Shown here: positions 9,643 to 19,816 of the stretch, in pieces
Layout of the letters: each line of letters starts with the position of its first letter
Numbering within the stretch: the stretch's first letter is position 1
DNA from: Smithellaceae bacterium
GTDB taxonomy: Bacteria; Desulfobacterota; Syntrophia; Syntrophales; Smithellaceae
Assembly (NCBI GenBank): GCA_963667845.2
Contig: CAXXVL010000002.1
Span: 64,001-128,000, forward strand
Length of the DNA: 64,000 nucleotides
Direction: 5' to 3'
Position numbers and translations under genes: made by a program
Notes under the pieces: generated by a model
The model's input: only the letters and a program-made list of their open reading frames with translations
Told to the model about the DNA's origin: nothing
The model's database searches: none

Positions 9643-10332
9643 ATGAACGAAGCGTATTTGGAACCAACAGAATTTATCGACAGCGATTCACCGGCGGTCC
9701 GCGGCTTTGCGCAAAAAGCAACCGCGGGCGCCGTGACGCCGCGGGAGAAAGCCGTCAAACTGTACTATGCCGTCCGGGACGGGATTTATTACGATCCCTA
9801 CCGAATTGATCCTTCTAGAGGCGCCTTCAAGGCCAGCACAATCATCGGCAAAGAATACGGTTACTGCGTGGCCAAGGCGGTCGTGCTGGCAGCCGTTTTG
9901 CGCGCGGTGGGCATTCCCTGCAAGCTGCATTTTGCCGATGTTCGCAATCACTTGACGACGGAAAGGCTCAGGGCGCTGATGCAGACGGATACTTTTTTCT
10001 ATCATGGTTATAATGATATCCATCTCGACGGCCGCTGGATCAAAGTGACGCCGACATTTAATTTGGCGCTTTGCGAAAAATTCAAAGTCAAGCCGCTCGA
10101 CTGGGACGGCGCCGCAGATGCCGTATTTCATCCCTTCGACCTTGCCGGCCGCAGGCACATGGAATATATCAAGGATCACGGCTCCTTTGCCGATCTGCCG
10201 TACGATGCGATTATCAACACCTTCCTCACCTGCTACGGCGACGCGGCGATAAATCAGCTGAGCCAGCCGGGCCAGGCCGGAGACTTCGAAAGCGAAGCAC
10301 AAGAGGAAGCGGAAAAGACGAAGCGATCCTAA
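9643..10332 (+). CDS. Transglutaminase-like domain protein
   Basis: GYCVAKA catalytic Cys, HGY, W-x-K-x-TP-x-FN. Confidence 0.85.
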   Translation: MNEAYLEPTEFIDSDSPAVRGFAQKATAGAVTPREKAVKLYYAVRDGIYYDPYRIDPSRGAFKASTIIGKEYGYCVAKAVVLAAVLRAVGIPCKLHFADVRNHLTTERLRALMQTDTFFYHGYNDIHLDGRWIKVTPTFNLALCEKFKVKPLDWDGAADAVFHPFDLAGRRHMEYIKDHGSFADLPYDAIINTFLTCYGDAAINQLSQPGQAGDFESEAQEEAEKTKRS

Positions 10333-10404
10333 TGTGCAAATCGAAACGATTATGCCCAACGGAAGCACACAAGATTTCGGAAAAGCTTTTCAGGAGAAAC
10401 AGCT

Positions 10405-11772
10405 GTGGCGAGAAATCTTAACATCAATGAGCTGAAGGATATCCTGGACGACCGCCGGGTTTCTGCGGGAGAGTCCGTTCTCAACCTGCACTCGCACGAT
10501 GAATCCTTTCACGCCTCAGTGCTCCCGGACGTTGTCGTCTGGCCGCAGACCACTGAGGAAGCGAGCCGTCTTGTCGTTTGGGCCGGGCAACATAAAGTGC
10601 CTGTCACCGCCTGGGGCGCGGGAACCAGTCTGGAAGGCAATCCCATTCCCGTCAACGGCGGTATGGTCATGGATTTTGCCGAAATGAACCGCGTCCTCGC
10701 CGTGCGTGCGGAAGACTTTCAGGTCGATGTCGAGGCGGGGGTCATATACAAGGAGCTCAACCGCGTCCTCGCCCGCGACGGTCTTTTCTTTCCGCCTGAT
10801 CCCGGCGCGGCGGCCACCATCGGCGGCATGATCGGCAACAACGCCAGCGGCATCCGCTCGGTGCGCTACGGCGCAACCAAAGATTACGTCATGCGGCTCA
10901 CCGTTGTTCTGCCGGACGGCTCTGTGATCCGCGTGGGCAACAGCGCCCGTAAATGTTCATCCGGCTACAATCTTCCCGCGCTTTTTACGGGCTCGGAAGG
11001 CACACTGGGCATCATCACCGAAGCGACTCTGAAACTCGTCGGACTGCCCGTCAACTTCATGGCCGTGCGGGCAACCTTCCCGACCGTTCTCCATGCGACG
11101 ACGACGGTTTACCAGATCATGCGCGCGGGGCTTATGCCCGCCGCCATGGAATTTCTCGACGGCAACGTCATGCATGTGCTGAACGTCGACCGGGGGCTCG
11201 CCCTGGATGAGAACCCCACGCTGCTCATGGAATTTTCCGGATACAGCAGAGAGGGGCTCGCTGAGGAAATGGCCTTCGTGGATGAGATCTGCCAGGCAAA
11301 CGGCGCGCTCACGCTCGACTGCGGCATCGGTTCCGAGGAGCGGGCGCGCCTGTGGGAAATCCGTCATCAGACTTATGAATCCATCAAACGGTGCCACATC
11401 GGCCTCGCGCCGCTCATTATGGACGTCGCCGTGCCGCTTTCGCGCTACAGCGAGATGGTGGAGTTCAGCAAAGAAATCGTCCGGGATCTCACGGCTTATC
11501 TCTTCGGCCACGCCGGAGACGGCAATATCCATGTGCACGTCATGGATAATCGAAAAGATCCGGAAAGCTGGTCGCGCGTCGAAGAAGCGAGCCGCCGCAT
11601 CGTGATGAAGGCGCTCGAATTCGGAGGCACCTGCACCGGCGAGCACGGCATCGGCATCGGTAAAAGCTGCTTCATGTCCGAGGAACACGGCGAGAGTCTT
11701 GCCCTCATGAAGAAGCTCAAAACATTGCTCGACCCGGAGAATCTCTTCAATCCCGGTAAATTTTTCCGGTAA
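10405..11772 (+). CDS. FAD-linked oxidase (GlcD / D-lactate dehydrogenase family)
   Basis: GAGTSLEG, FPPDPG, GSEGTLG, GHAGDGNIH, GEHGIG and DP-x-x-LFNPGK motifs. Confidence 0.92.
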   Translation: MARNLNINELKDILDDRRVSAGESVLNLHSHDESFHASVLPDVVVWPQTTEEASRLVVWAGQHKVPVTAWGAGTSLEGNPIPVNGGMVMDFAEMNRVLAVRAEDFQVDVEAGVIYKELNRVLARDGLFFPPDPGAAATIGGMIGNNASGIRSVRYGATKDYVMRLTVVLPDGSVIRVGNSARKCSSGYNLPALFTGSEGTLGIITEATLKLVGLPVNFMAVRATFPTVLHATTTVYQIMRAGLMPAAMEFLDGNVMHVLNVDRGLALDENPTLLMEFSGYSREGLAEEMAFVDEICQANGALTLDCGIGSEERARLWEIRHQTYESIKRCHIGLAPLIMDVAVPLSRYSEMVEFSKEIVRDLTAYLFGHAGDGNIHVHVMDNRKDPESWSRVEEASRRIVMKALEFGGTCTGEHGIGIGKSCFMSEEHGESLALMKKLKTLLDPENLFNPGKFFR

Positions 11773-11816
11773 ACCAACTTTCGTTATTCCCCCCTCCCCT
11801 CCGTCCCGCCCGCCAG

Positions 11817-12076
11817 GAGACTGTGTCGCAACGTCATTGCGAGCCGACACTGAGGAGCGGCGGCAATCCGGCACCGTCATTGCGAGCCGATTCTCAATCG
11901 GCGTGGCAATCCCGTAAGGAGATCAATCCATGAGATTACCACGCCGCCCGAGGGACGGCTCGTAATGACAGCAATGGATTGCCACCCCGGCCTTCGCCGG
12001 AACAGGCTGTGCCTGACGCGTGCCCTTTAGGGTAGAGGCGTCTCGCAATGACTATTCTACATTGCGACACAGTCTC
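11817..12076. mobile_element. MITE with 15-bp terminal inverted repeats, inserted in a CCCCTCCCCT..GGGG REP and filled with nested GTCATTGCGAG palindromes
   Basis: GAGACTGTGTCGCAA (11817-11831) and TTGCGACACAGTCTC (12062-12076) are perfect inverted repeats. CAG is duplicated on both flanks (11814-11816, 12077-12079). Confidence 0.75.
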
Positions 12077-12164
12077 CAGGGGCGGGGGAAGTTACTCGCT
12101 GATTCAACCATCCTGATTGAACCCCTCATTTCACCTTGCATGGTAAACAGTGTTCACTTAATTC

Positions 12165-12194
12165 TTGACATCCGGAGCCGAACGCTCTTATATT
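12165..12194 (+). promoter_or_regulatory. Putative sigma70 promoter
   Basis: TTGACA-N18-TATATT upstream of 12265. Confidence 0.5.
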
Positions 12195-12264
12195 TTTGCC
12201 CCTTTGCATCAGAACCGGAAATGGCGGCGGGATATGTTGAGAGGAAATCTGAAGGAGGAACACC

Positions 12265-13683
12265 GTGAATCTTGATTCGTTATTTTATCCCAAGAGCATC
12301 GCAGTAATCGGCGCATCCAACAATCTGGGCGGCGGGAAAATGCCCTACTTTCAAATCATCCGGGCCAACGCTTTTGCCGGGCCGATTTATCCGGTCAATC
12401 CCAAGCGCGGTGAAATTGACGGCATCGAGGTTTTCGGCTCGATCGACGAACTGCCCGAACCGGTGGACTTCGCCATTGTCGCCGCACCCGTGGAGCAGTC
12501 TCTGGACATCGTCCGGGCGGCCGTCCGCAAGCAGATCAAGTTCATCCATTTTTTCACCTCGGGTTTCGGCGAAACAGGGAACCGGCAGCTCGAAGAGGAT
12601 ATGGTCCGGGAAGCCCGCAAAGGGCACCTCCGGATCGTCGGCCCGAACTGCATCGGGGTGCACTGCGCCGAATCGAAAATTTCATTCACCCTGATCCCGC
12701 CGCTGGAAACGAACGGCACAGTCGCTTTCCTGGGACAGTCGGGAGGCGTCACAGGCAATTTTCTGGCGATGGCCTCAACCCGGAAAATTCCGCTCAATAA
12801 GGTCGTCTCCTACGGGAATCAAATCGATCTCCGCCTGGAAGATTATCTGGACTATCTGGCCGATGACAAGGAAATCCGTCTCATCGCCTGCTACGTGGAA
12901 GACATCAAAAACCCGCAGACATTTCTCCGGACGCTCAAACGGACAACAGCCAAAAAGCCGGTGATCATCCTCAAGGGGGGAAAAACCGAGACGGGCTCCA
13001 AGGCCGCCGCAAGCCATACGGGCGCCATGGCGAGCAATTACACCATCTGGGCCGCCGCCGTAAGACAGCACGGCGCCCTCCTGGTGGACGATTTCGATCA
13101 GTTGATGCACCTGGTGATGCTGGGCACGGCGGAAAAGCTCCCGCGCGGGAAACGCGTCGGGTTCCTGGGCGCCGGCGGCGGCATCTCCGTCCTCTTCAGC
13201 GACCTCGCCATCGAGTCGGGCCTGGCCCTCCCGGAATTGGGGCCGCGGGCCCAGCAGATGATCAGCGAAAAGATCATGGGGGTCAACACCTCGACGGTCA
13301 ACCCGGTGGATCTGGGGGCCTTCGGCTTCGACCTCAACGTCATGCTGCACACCATGAAAGCCATGGACGAAGACGACGCGATCGACGTCATCATCCCCTA
13401 CTTCTCGGTGGAATACATCATGCGTTCGGAATTTTTTCTCAAGGTGAAAAATAACGCCGATACCATTCTGGAAATGGCGAAACAGATCAACAAGCCGGTT
13501 GTCCCGATCCTGTCGAGCTTTGTTGAAGACAACCTCGAAGCGGAGCGCACCAGGATTGAAACGTTCGCCAAACTGCGCAAGGCCGGATTCCCCGTCTATA
13601 CCAAAATACAGGATGCCGTCTACTCCATCGGCGCCTACTACGAATGGGTGGCCCGGCACGCACGCGCGTTAGCACAAGCATGA
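12265..13683 (+). CDS. Acyl-CoA synthetase (NDP-forming), alpha-type CoA-binding protein
   Basis: PKSIAVIGAS, YPVNP, GPNCIG, QSGG, phospho-His motif AASHTG, NPVD. Confidence 0.9.
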   Translation: MNLDSLFYPKSIAVIGASNNLGGGKMPYFQIIRANAFAGPIYPVNPKRGEIDGIEVFGSIDELPEPVDFAIVAAPVEQSLDIVRAAVRKQIKFIHFFTSGFGETGNRQLEEDMVREARKGHLRIVGPNCIGVHCAESKISFTLIPPLETNGTVAFLGQSGGVTGNFLAMASTRKIPLNKVVSYGNQIDLRLEDYLDYLADDKEIRLIACYVEDIKNPQTFLRTLKRTTAKKPVIILKGGKTETGSKAAASHTGAMASNYTIWAAAVRQHGALLVDDFDQLMHLVMLGTAEKLPRGKRVGFLGAGGGISVLFSDLAIESGLALPELGPRAQQMISEKIMGVNTSTVNPVDLGAFGFDLNVMLHTMKAMDEDDAIDVIIPYFSVEYIMRSEFFLKVKNNADTILEMAKQINKPVVPILSSFVEDNLEAERTRIETFAKLRKAGFPVYTKIQDAVYSIGAYYEWVARHARALAQA

Positions 13684-13825
13684 GGAATGACGAATTCATA
13701 AACGCGGATCACGGGGGACTGAGGCTTAAGGCGGATACCGGCAAACGGACGCCGCTGAGCGCTCAGGCCTTTTTGGCGGGCTTTCGCAACCAACTTTTTT
13801 ATCGCCGCACTCTGGAGGTTATAAA

Positions 13826-14755
13826 ATGAAGATTCTCAGAACACCGGACGAACGATTTCTCAATCTTCCCGGCTACCCTTTCGAACCGCATTACGCAGAA
13901 GTCCCCGACGGCGAAGGCGACAGCCTGAGAATCCATTACGTCGATGAAGGACCGAAAGATGCCGCTGTGGTTTTGCTTCTCCACGGAGAACCCACGTGGT
14001 CCTTCCTCTATCGAAAGATGATTCCGGTTCTCGTAAAAGCCGGTCATCGGGTGATTGCTCCCGATCTGGTCGGCTTCGGCAAATCCGATAAACCGGCAAG
14101 CCGGGGCGATTATTCGTTTCAACGCCACGTCGACTGGATGCTCTCTTTGCTCGAACGGCTCACCCTGAGCCGGATCACACTCGTTTGCCAGGATTGGGGC
14201 GGGCTCATCGGGCTTCGTCTTGTGGCTGCAAGGCCCGAACTCTTTGACCGGGTCGTGGCCGCCAATACGGGACTGCCGACGGGAGACTCTCCGATATCGG
14301 AGGCGTTTCTCGCATGGCAGAAGTTTTCCAGAGAAGTTCCCCAATTTGACGTCGGCACCATCGTTAAGAGCTCCAATGCCGTTTTTGGAAAGGACATGAA
14401 TCTGCCCATCCTTGCAGACGAAGTCACCGCTGCTTACGACGCGCCGTTTCCCGATGATTCCTACAAGGAAGGCGCCCGCATCTTCCCCTCACTCGTTCCG
14501 ACGACACCGGATGATCCCGCGGCAGCGGCCAATCGGAAAGCCTGGGACGTGCTCACCGCATTTACCAAGCCGTTCTTAACCGCCTTCAGCGACGGCGATC
14601 CGATCACACGGGGAGGCGAGCACATTTTACAGACGCGGATTCCCGGTGCAAAGAACCAGCTCCATACAACCATTAAAGGGGCCGGACATTTCCTGCAGGA
14701 AGACAAAGGCGAAGAATTTGCCGAAGTCATCGTTAATTTCATGGCGAACGGGTAA
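13826..14755 (+). CDS. Haloalkane dehalogenase (HLD-I / DhmA-like)
   Basis: MKILRTPDERF, HGEPTWS, QDWGG nucleophile plus halide-binding Trp, FSDGD, HFLQE. Confidence 0.92.
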   Translation: MKILRTPDERFLNLPGYPFEPHYAEVPDGEGDSLRIHYVDEGPKDAAVVLLLHGEPTWSFLYRKMIPVLVKAGHRVIAPDLVGFGKSDKPASRGDYSFQRHVDWMLSLLERLTLSRITLVCQDWGGLIGLRLVAARPELFDRVVAANTGLPTGDSPISEAFLAWQKFSREVPQFDVGTIVKSSNAVFGKDMNLPILADEVTAAYDAPFPDDSYKEGARIFPSLVPTTPDDPAAAANRKAWDVLTAFTKPFLTAFSDGDPITRGGEHILQTRIPGAKNQLHTTIKGAGHFLQEDKGEEFAEVIVNFMANG

Positions 14756-14931
14756 ATCGGAGAACAGAATCTTAGCGCAGGTGATGCGGGAATTTATTTC
14801 CACCATCACCTGCGCCAGGTTTTTTGCCCTATGGGTCTGCAGAGGCCGGGGACCGGAATTTTGGGCCATGATCGCAAAACCCGGTGCCGAAATCGGGCAG
14901 ATTTCTAAAGAAGAAGAAAGAAGGTAGATGA

Positions 14932-16044
14932 ATGGATTTAAAGAGAGGAATTGGATTTTTGACGTGGCTGGTTTTTTTTACCGGATTGGTTTTTTTGTCT
15001 TCCAGTGGAGATGCTGCAGCGTGCAGCCGCGTTTTATCCGCTGATAACGGGCAGGCGGTTCTCGTCGGCCGGAATCTGGATTGGCCCATCGACATGGGAA
15101 CCGAGCTATGGGTTTTTCCCCGGGGCATGAAACGCAACGGGCTTGCTGCTAATCCGCTTACCTGGACTGCAAAATTCGGCAGCGTGGCTGTCGCTTCTTA
15201 TGCACCGGGAAGAAAATTGGCCGGTGTCCTTGACGGCATGAATGAAACAGGTCTGGCCGCCAATGCCCTGTGGCTTGATGAAAGTGATTACGGCGTCCGC
15301 GATGAACGCGTGCCCGGCCTGGCCATCAGCCTGTGGACCCAGTATTTTCTTGATAACTTTTCGACAGTGGAAGAAGCCGTGCGCAGCCTCGATAAGATGA
15401 CCTATCAAATCGTCACCATGGACTTCCCGACCGGGACGGCGCAAATGACTGCTTATCTGCATTTGTCTTTGGCGGACAAGAACGGAGATTCGGCCGTCAT
15501 CGAGTATAGCGGAGGCAGGCCCACAATATACCACAATAGAAATTATGCGGTGATGACGAATTACCCGCCTCTTGACCAACAACTGGAGAACCTTAAACAA
15601 TATAAAGGGTTCGGCGGGGAAAAGCCTCTGCCCGGAACAACCGACTCAGCCGACCGGTTCGTCCGGGCTTCTTATTACTTGAAGTATCTGCCCAAGCCTC
15701 GGAATCTGCGGGAAGCAATTGTGGGAATGTTCAGCGTGACCCGCAATGCGGCTCAGCCGTTTCGCGACTCCGGAGATCCCAAACATCCGAACGCCTCGGC
15801 CACGATTTGGCGAACAGTTGCGGATTCCACCCACGCGACATACTATTTTGAATCAACCACATCCCCCAGCATCATCTGGGTCAACCTGAATAAATTTGAT
15901 TTAAAAAAGGGCGCACCGGTGATGAAGCTCGATTTGATCGACAATCCGGATTATGCGGGCGATGTGACGAACAAGTTCAAAAAAGCCAGACCATTTAAAT
16001 TCATGGGACCTGATCAATCACTGCGACCCGCAGGCCTCAATTAA
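14932..16044 (+). CDS. Secreted linear amide C-N hydrolase (choloylglycine hydrolase / penicillin V acylase family)
   Basis: Signal peptide ending AAA before the Ntn nucleophile CSR, then GRNLDW, DGMNE, MTN-x-P, LPG..S-x-DRFVRA. Confidence 0.9.
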   Translation: MDLKRGIGFLTWLVFFTGLVFLSSSGDAAACSRVLSADNGQAVLVGRNLDWPIDMGTELWVFPRGMKRNGLAANPLTWTAKFGSVAVASYAPGRKLAGVLDGMNETGLAANALWLDESDYGVRDERVPGLAISLWTQYFLDNFSTVEEAVRSLDKMTYQIVTMDFPTGTAQMTAYLHLSLADKNGDSAVIEYSGGRPTIYHNRNYAVMTNYPPLDQQLENLKQYKGFGGEKPLPGTTDSADRFVRASYYLKYLPKPRNLREAIVGMFSVTRNAAQPFRDSGDPKHPNASATIWRTVADSTHATYYFESTTSPSIIWVNLNKFDLKKGAPVMKLDLIDNPDYAGDVTNKFKKARPFKFMGPDQSLRPAGLN

Positions 16045-16050
16045 CCGGAC

Positions 16051-16106
16051 CCGGAGACAGCGCTCCCTTGCAAAGCTTTTAAGCCGAAAGGGAGCGCTGT
16101 CTCCGG
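16051..16106. terminator. Long GC-rich hairpin between convergent units
   Basis: CCGGAGACAGCGCTCCCTT / AAGGGAGCGCTGTCTCCGG, a 19-bp perfect stem. Confidence 0.7.
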
Positions 16107-16116
16107 CTTTAACCGT

Positions 16117-16153
16117 TTCAATACATGATCTGACCGCCGCAGACATTCATGGC
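16117..16153 (-). repeat. 37-bp direct repeat copying the 3' end of the SDR gene (19816-19852)
   Basis: TTCAATACATGATCTGACCGCCGCAGACATTCATGGC versus TTCAATACATGATCTGCCCGCCGCAGACATTCATGGC: 36/37 identical, encoding AMNVCGGQIMY*. Confidence 0.85.
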
Positions 16154-16336
16154 AAGAGGGTTGTTTCAATTAGCGGCAATATGAGAAATGCCTGCTATCG
16201 TATGGCTCTTTTTTTCCTAAAGCGATCCGCTTGATGCCGGCAGGAAAGTCAATCGCGCCTTCGTCACGAGCCGCCCCAACGGGCACTGCTGCTTGTTAAC
16301 AGATCCCGCAAGATTACGGTGGAGGACTTGACGATG

Positions 16337-17779
16337 TTACATCATATGCAGGAAAAACTTGGCGGGGTTGATGTGGAATTGTGCCGGCGAAATGCCCCGG
16401 ACGATATTTAAACGATCCGATCCGTCCTTGACTTCCTGATCAGCAAGATAAAGCAGGTCCCCGCGCATCAGGGCGCCCTTCCCGTTATCGACCAGACGCA
16501 AAACAAGCGGGAGGCTCCGTTCGGCCTCATCGGGATAATCCATCACCAGCCCGACGCTTCCGTTGCTCAGTTCGACCATGGAACCGATGGGATAAATCCC
16601 CATCATCTTGATGAAGCACTTCAGCAGAACGGTGTCAAAACTTATCCCCGCTTCGCTCCACATCTTTCTCAGCGCCGCATCAGGCGGGAAAGACTTCGAC
16701 CGGTATGCCCTCTCGGCCGTCAGCGCTTCATAGACATCGGCGATGCGAAGAATTCTTCCCAAAAGGCTCATTTCAACCATAAACAGTGTGTGGGGGTAGC
16801 CCGTCATATCGGGATTCAGATGGTGCTCAAACGGTCCGAGAATAATCCTCGATCTCAGAGACGGGGGAGCATTCAGCATGAGGATTTTCTGGACACCGAT
16901 CAGAGGGTGCGCCTTCATCTGTTCCCATTCACCGGTCGTCAGGGCTCCCTGTTTACGAAGAATCTCCTTCGGCACGCCTACCTTTCCCAGATCGTGAAAA
17001 AGTCCGCAAACGGTCAAATGCTCCATTGAAAGATCCGATAGTCCGATATGCATTCCCAGGCAGGTTGCGAGCAGTGCGACATTAACGGAGTGCGTGTAAG
17101 TATAATCGTCATAATCCTTGATCGTTGTGAGCCCGATCATCAGAGATGCGTCCTCCCGAACCAGATCCACGATGTTCTGGGCCAGACGTCTGCTTCTGCG
17201 CACCCCCACCATGCTCCGGGAGGCTTTATCCGCCACTTCCCTCACCGTTTCGACGGCATTAAAATAAATACTGCGCGCCTTTTCATACTGCTTCGCCTCC
17301 GGGCTCTCGCCGGTTTCCTTCGCCTGATCATCCTGCATGCGGGAAATTTGCACCCATGATAACCCCTGTTCCCGGAGTTGCTTCTCCAGCCATTGATGCG
17401 GCTGTCCGTGTCTTACGGCATCATTAAACAGGTGCGTAAACAGGAGAATATTGTCCGTCGGAGTGTTTCCCGAAGCTTGCAGAAAGTTGATACTCCCGAT
17501 CCCCCGACTTGAAAAATACTCCACCATGTTATTGACGACACCGGCCATATCCCGCCTGTAGAGCAGTTTTTCTCCCCCGATATGAAACCGACTCCGCCAC
17601 AGAAGAAGGCTGATGTCTCCTTCGAGCGTTATTTCAGCGAGCATCGCCTGAAACGAACGCACACTCTTTCTGATCAGCTGATTGTTATCCTGGTAAATGC
17701 GCGCGGTATGGATCATATGATACAGGGCTCTCAGGAAATCATGCCCCAAACGCTCGGGAATCGTTTGCCGATCCGACAT
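16337..17779 (-). CDS. HD-GYP domain phosphodiesterase
   Basis: HSVNV, HDLGK, KAHP, EHH..TGYP, IADVYEALT, R-x-YR, GIYPIG. Confidence 0.9.
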   Translation of the reverse strand: MSDRQTIPERLGHDFLRALYHMIHTARIYQDNNQLIRKSVRSFQAMLAEITLEGDISLLLWRSRFHIGGEKLLYRRDMAGVVNNMVEYFSSRGIGSINFLQASGNTPTDNILLFTHLFNDAVRHGQPHQWLEKQLREQGLSWVQISRMQDDQAKETGESPEAKQYEKARSIYFNAVETVREVADKASRSMVGVRRSRRLAQNIVDLVREDASLMIGLTTIKDYDDYTYTHSVNVALLATCLGMHIGLSDLSMEHLTVCGLFHDLGKVGVPKEILRKQGALTTGEWEQMKAHPLIGVQKILMLNAPPSLRSRIILGPFEHHLNPDMTGYPHTLFMVEMSLLGRILRIADVYEALTAERAYRSKSFPPDAALRKMWSEAGISFDTVLLKCFIKMMGIYPIGSMVELSNGSVGLVMDYPDEAERSLPLVLRLVDNGKGALMRGDLLYLADQEVKDGSDRLNIVRGISPAQFHINPAKFFLHMM

Positions 17780-17781
17780 GA

Positions 17782-19506
17782 TTAAGGCCCTCCTTCGCTT
17801 TTAGGAAGAAAGCCCTTTGCCGATTCGCGTACCATCCTGCGCAGTCCGGGGAAGAGGCTTCGGCCCGCGTTCTCGACGACGTCCCGGGCTTCCGGTATTC
17901 TCAGAGCGACCAGGGCAAGCAGCGCGCCTTCGCGATACGCGGACTTCGTTAACCCGGCCAGCCACTTTCGGCTAAGCAGTGTTTTACGAAGGAATGGAAC
18001 AGACCTGAGCGATCCGCATTGCCCGAGCGTACTGAAACATTCCACGATATGTTCGGTCTGCGAGGAATGGGGCTTTCGGTTTTGCAGATATTGCAGCAAA
18101 AGATGTTCGGCGGTCTCGTTCCTTGCCTGACTCAGCTGCTTCAGGATAACGCGGCGCACCGATGCGTCGGGATCGTCGATGAAACCGAATAAAGCCGCGG
18201 TCTGATCGCCGCTCACGTGCGCAACCGCTTTGACCGCCATCCGGCGAACCGGCACTGACGGATGCCGGGCGAGTTTCATCAGGTATTTCACTGATACATC
18301 CCCTTCCAGCCGGAACAGGACCGGGACAAACCTTGCGGCAATTTTCTCATCCGAGTGCTTGATCAATCCGTCCATGCAGCTCGCATCCCGGCAGACAAGA
18401 GATATAATGGCATCCTCCAACATCTGCTCTAACTGCGTCGGCTGCTTCGCGACGAGGAGATGCGCAAGGGAATCGACGGCCCGCGGATTCAGATGTTTGA
18501 AAATCCTCTGAAACGTTCCCATCTGCCCAACGGAGATTTCGCTCCAGATATTCTGCAGCGGTTTCAGATAGGAGGCGGCGGAAATTTTCGAAAAAAAGGC
18601 CTCCATTAACGGACCCGCCCAGCGTGCGCTTATCCGGCCGCTATCCAGAACCAGGCGCATGCCTTCGATGATCATCAGGGCGGCTTCAAAATCATGACGG
18701 CCCAGAGACCCCGCGAATTCTTCCGCCAATACATCCAGGATAATGCTGAAGTCCTTTTCTTCCTGATACTGCGGGAGGCTGTCGAGCAGCATATTCAAAT
18801 GTGCCGTGGAAGTCGCCGTTTCCTCGCGGAAAATCATTTCCTGCAATGCAGTCTGCTCCTGATGATTCAGCGCCAGAGCCGCCGGATCGATGACGGGGCC
18901 GCCGTACACGGCCGGCGGCTTGCCTTCTGCCGCAGCATCATCTGTATCGGCTCCCGCCGTATGGGTTTTTCGTACCGGAGGCCCTGTCTCCATCCGAGAA
19001 AGGTTGTCCATCTGGTCCGGCGAGAGTTTTGAAAAAAAATCAGCGGCTTCATACTGCACATGGGCAAAACGGGCTTCCCAGAAGGCGGTCACGATGTCTC
19101 CCTCCGGCTCTGCCGTCAACACCGAATACCTGTTGATAATGGATAATACTTCCCGGGTTTCTTCCAGGGTGATTCCTTCATTAAGTTCCAGCCATCTTAT
19201 TCCGTCCCGGAAAAGCGTGAAAGGCAGCGTTCCTTCCTCGGACGGTCCCTTCTGAACGGTTTCGCCCTGGCAAATCACGCCATCTCTTTCGAATTCGATG
19301 CGGACATCCCCGTTGTTATGGGTGACAGATTCCAGCCTGGCGTGAAACTGTCTGATGGAGTTCATGCAGATGCTGTGTCCTTCAGGATACAGGGACAGGT
19401 TCTTGGCTGCAAGCAGCAGATGGGCAAACAACTTTCTTGCATCATCTGATTGCTGCGTCAAAACGCTTTTTCCGGTCTCATTTACGATATTGTCCCGAAT
19501 GTCCAT
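17782..19506 (-). CDS. HEAT-repeat protein
   Basis: LYPEGH N-terminal motif and C-terminal repeats (HPSVPVRRMAV, DPDASVRRVIL, LGQCG..SVPFL). 2 bp upstream of the HD-GYP gene. Confidence 0.8.
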   Translation of the reverse strand: MDIRDNIVNETGKSVLTQQSDDARKLFAHLLLAAKNLSLYPEGHSICMNSIRQFHARLESVTHNNGDVRIEFERDGVICQGETVQKGPSEEGTLPFTLFRDGIRWLELNEGITLEETREVLSIINRYSVLTAEPEGDIVTAFWEARFAHVQYEAADFFSKLSPDQMDNLSRMETGPPVRKTHTAGADTDDAAAEGKPPAVYGGPVIDPAALALNHQEQTALQEMIFREETATSTAHLNMLLDSLPQYQEEKDFSIILDVLAEEFAGSLGRHDFEAALMIIEGMRLVLDSGRISARWAGPLMEAFFSKISAASYLKPLQNIWSEISVGQMGTFQRIFKHLNPRAVDSLAHLLVAKQPTQLEQMLEDAIISLVCRDASCMDGLIKHSDEKIAARFVPVLFRLEGDVSVKYLMKLARHPSVPVRRMAVKAVAHVSGDQTAALFGFIDDPDASVRRVILKQLSQARNETAEHLLLQYLQNRKPHSSQTEHIVECFSTLGQCGSLRSVPFLRKTLLSRKWLAGLTKSAYREGALLALVALRIPEARDVVENAGRSLFPGLRRMVRESAKGFLPKSEGGP

Positions 19507-19740
19507 CAGTACACCGGTTCTTTATGGCTTGGTGTTTATTAAGGCATGCCGTGACAAATTTTCAATAAATCATCAGGCGAGGTACATTTTAAACCATACC
19601 CGCCGGAGAATCAACCGATTAATCACATAAAGACAGGAAAGTGAGAAGAAGAATGGCGGGGATGATCCACGGCTTCGCTGCGAAAAGCCCTCCGGCGAGC
19701 TTAAAAGAAGCCTTGTTTCCGAGAATTCCATGAAATAATA

Positions 19741-19771
19741 AAAAAGCCGGAAGAACCCTCCGGCTTTTTTT
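19741..19771. terminator. Intrinsic terminator downstream of SDR
   Basis: AAAAAGCCGGA-loop-TCCGGCTTTTTTT. Confidence 0.7.
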
Positions 19772-19816
19772 CCGATTCGCCTGCCCTTTTTTAGGGGCGT
19801 TCAGCCCGTCTTCGGT

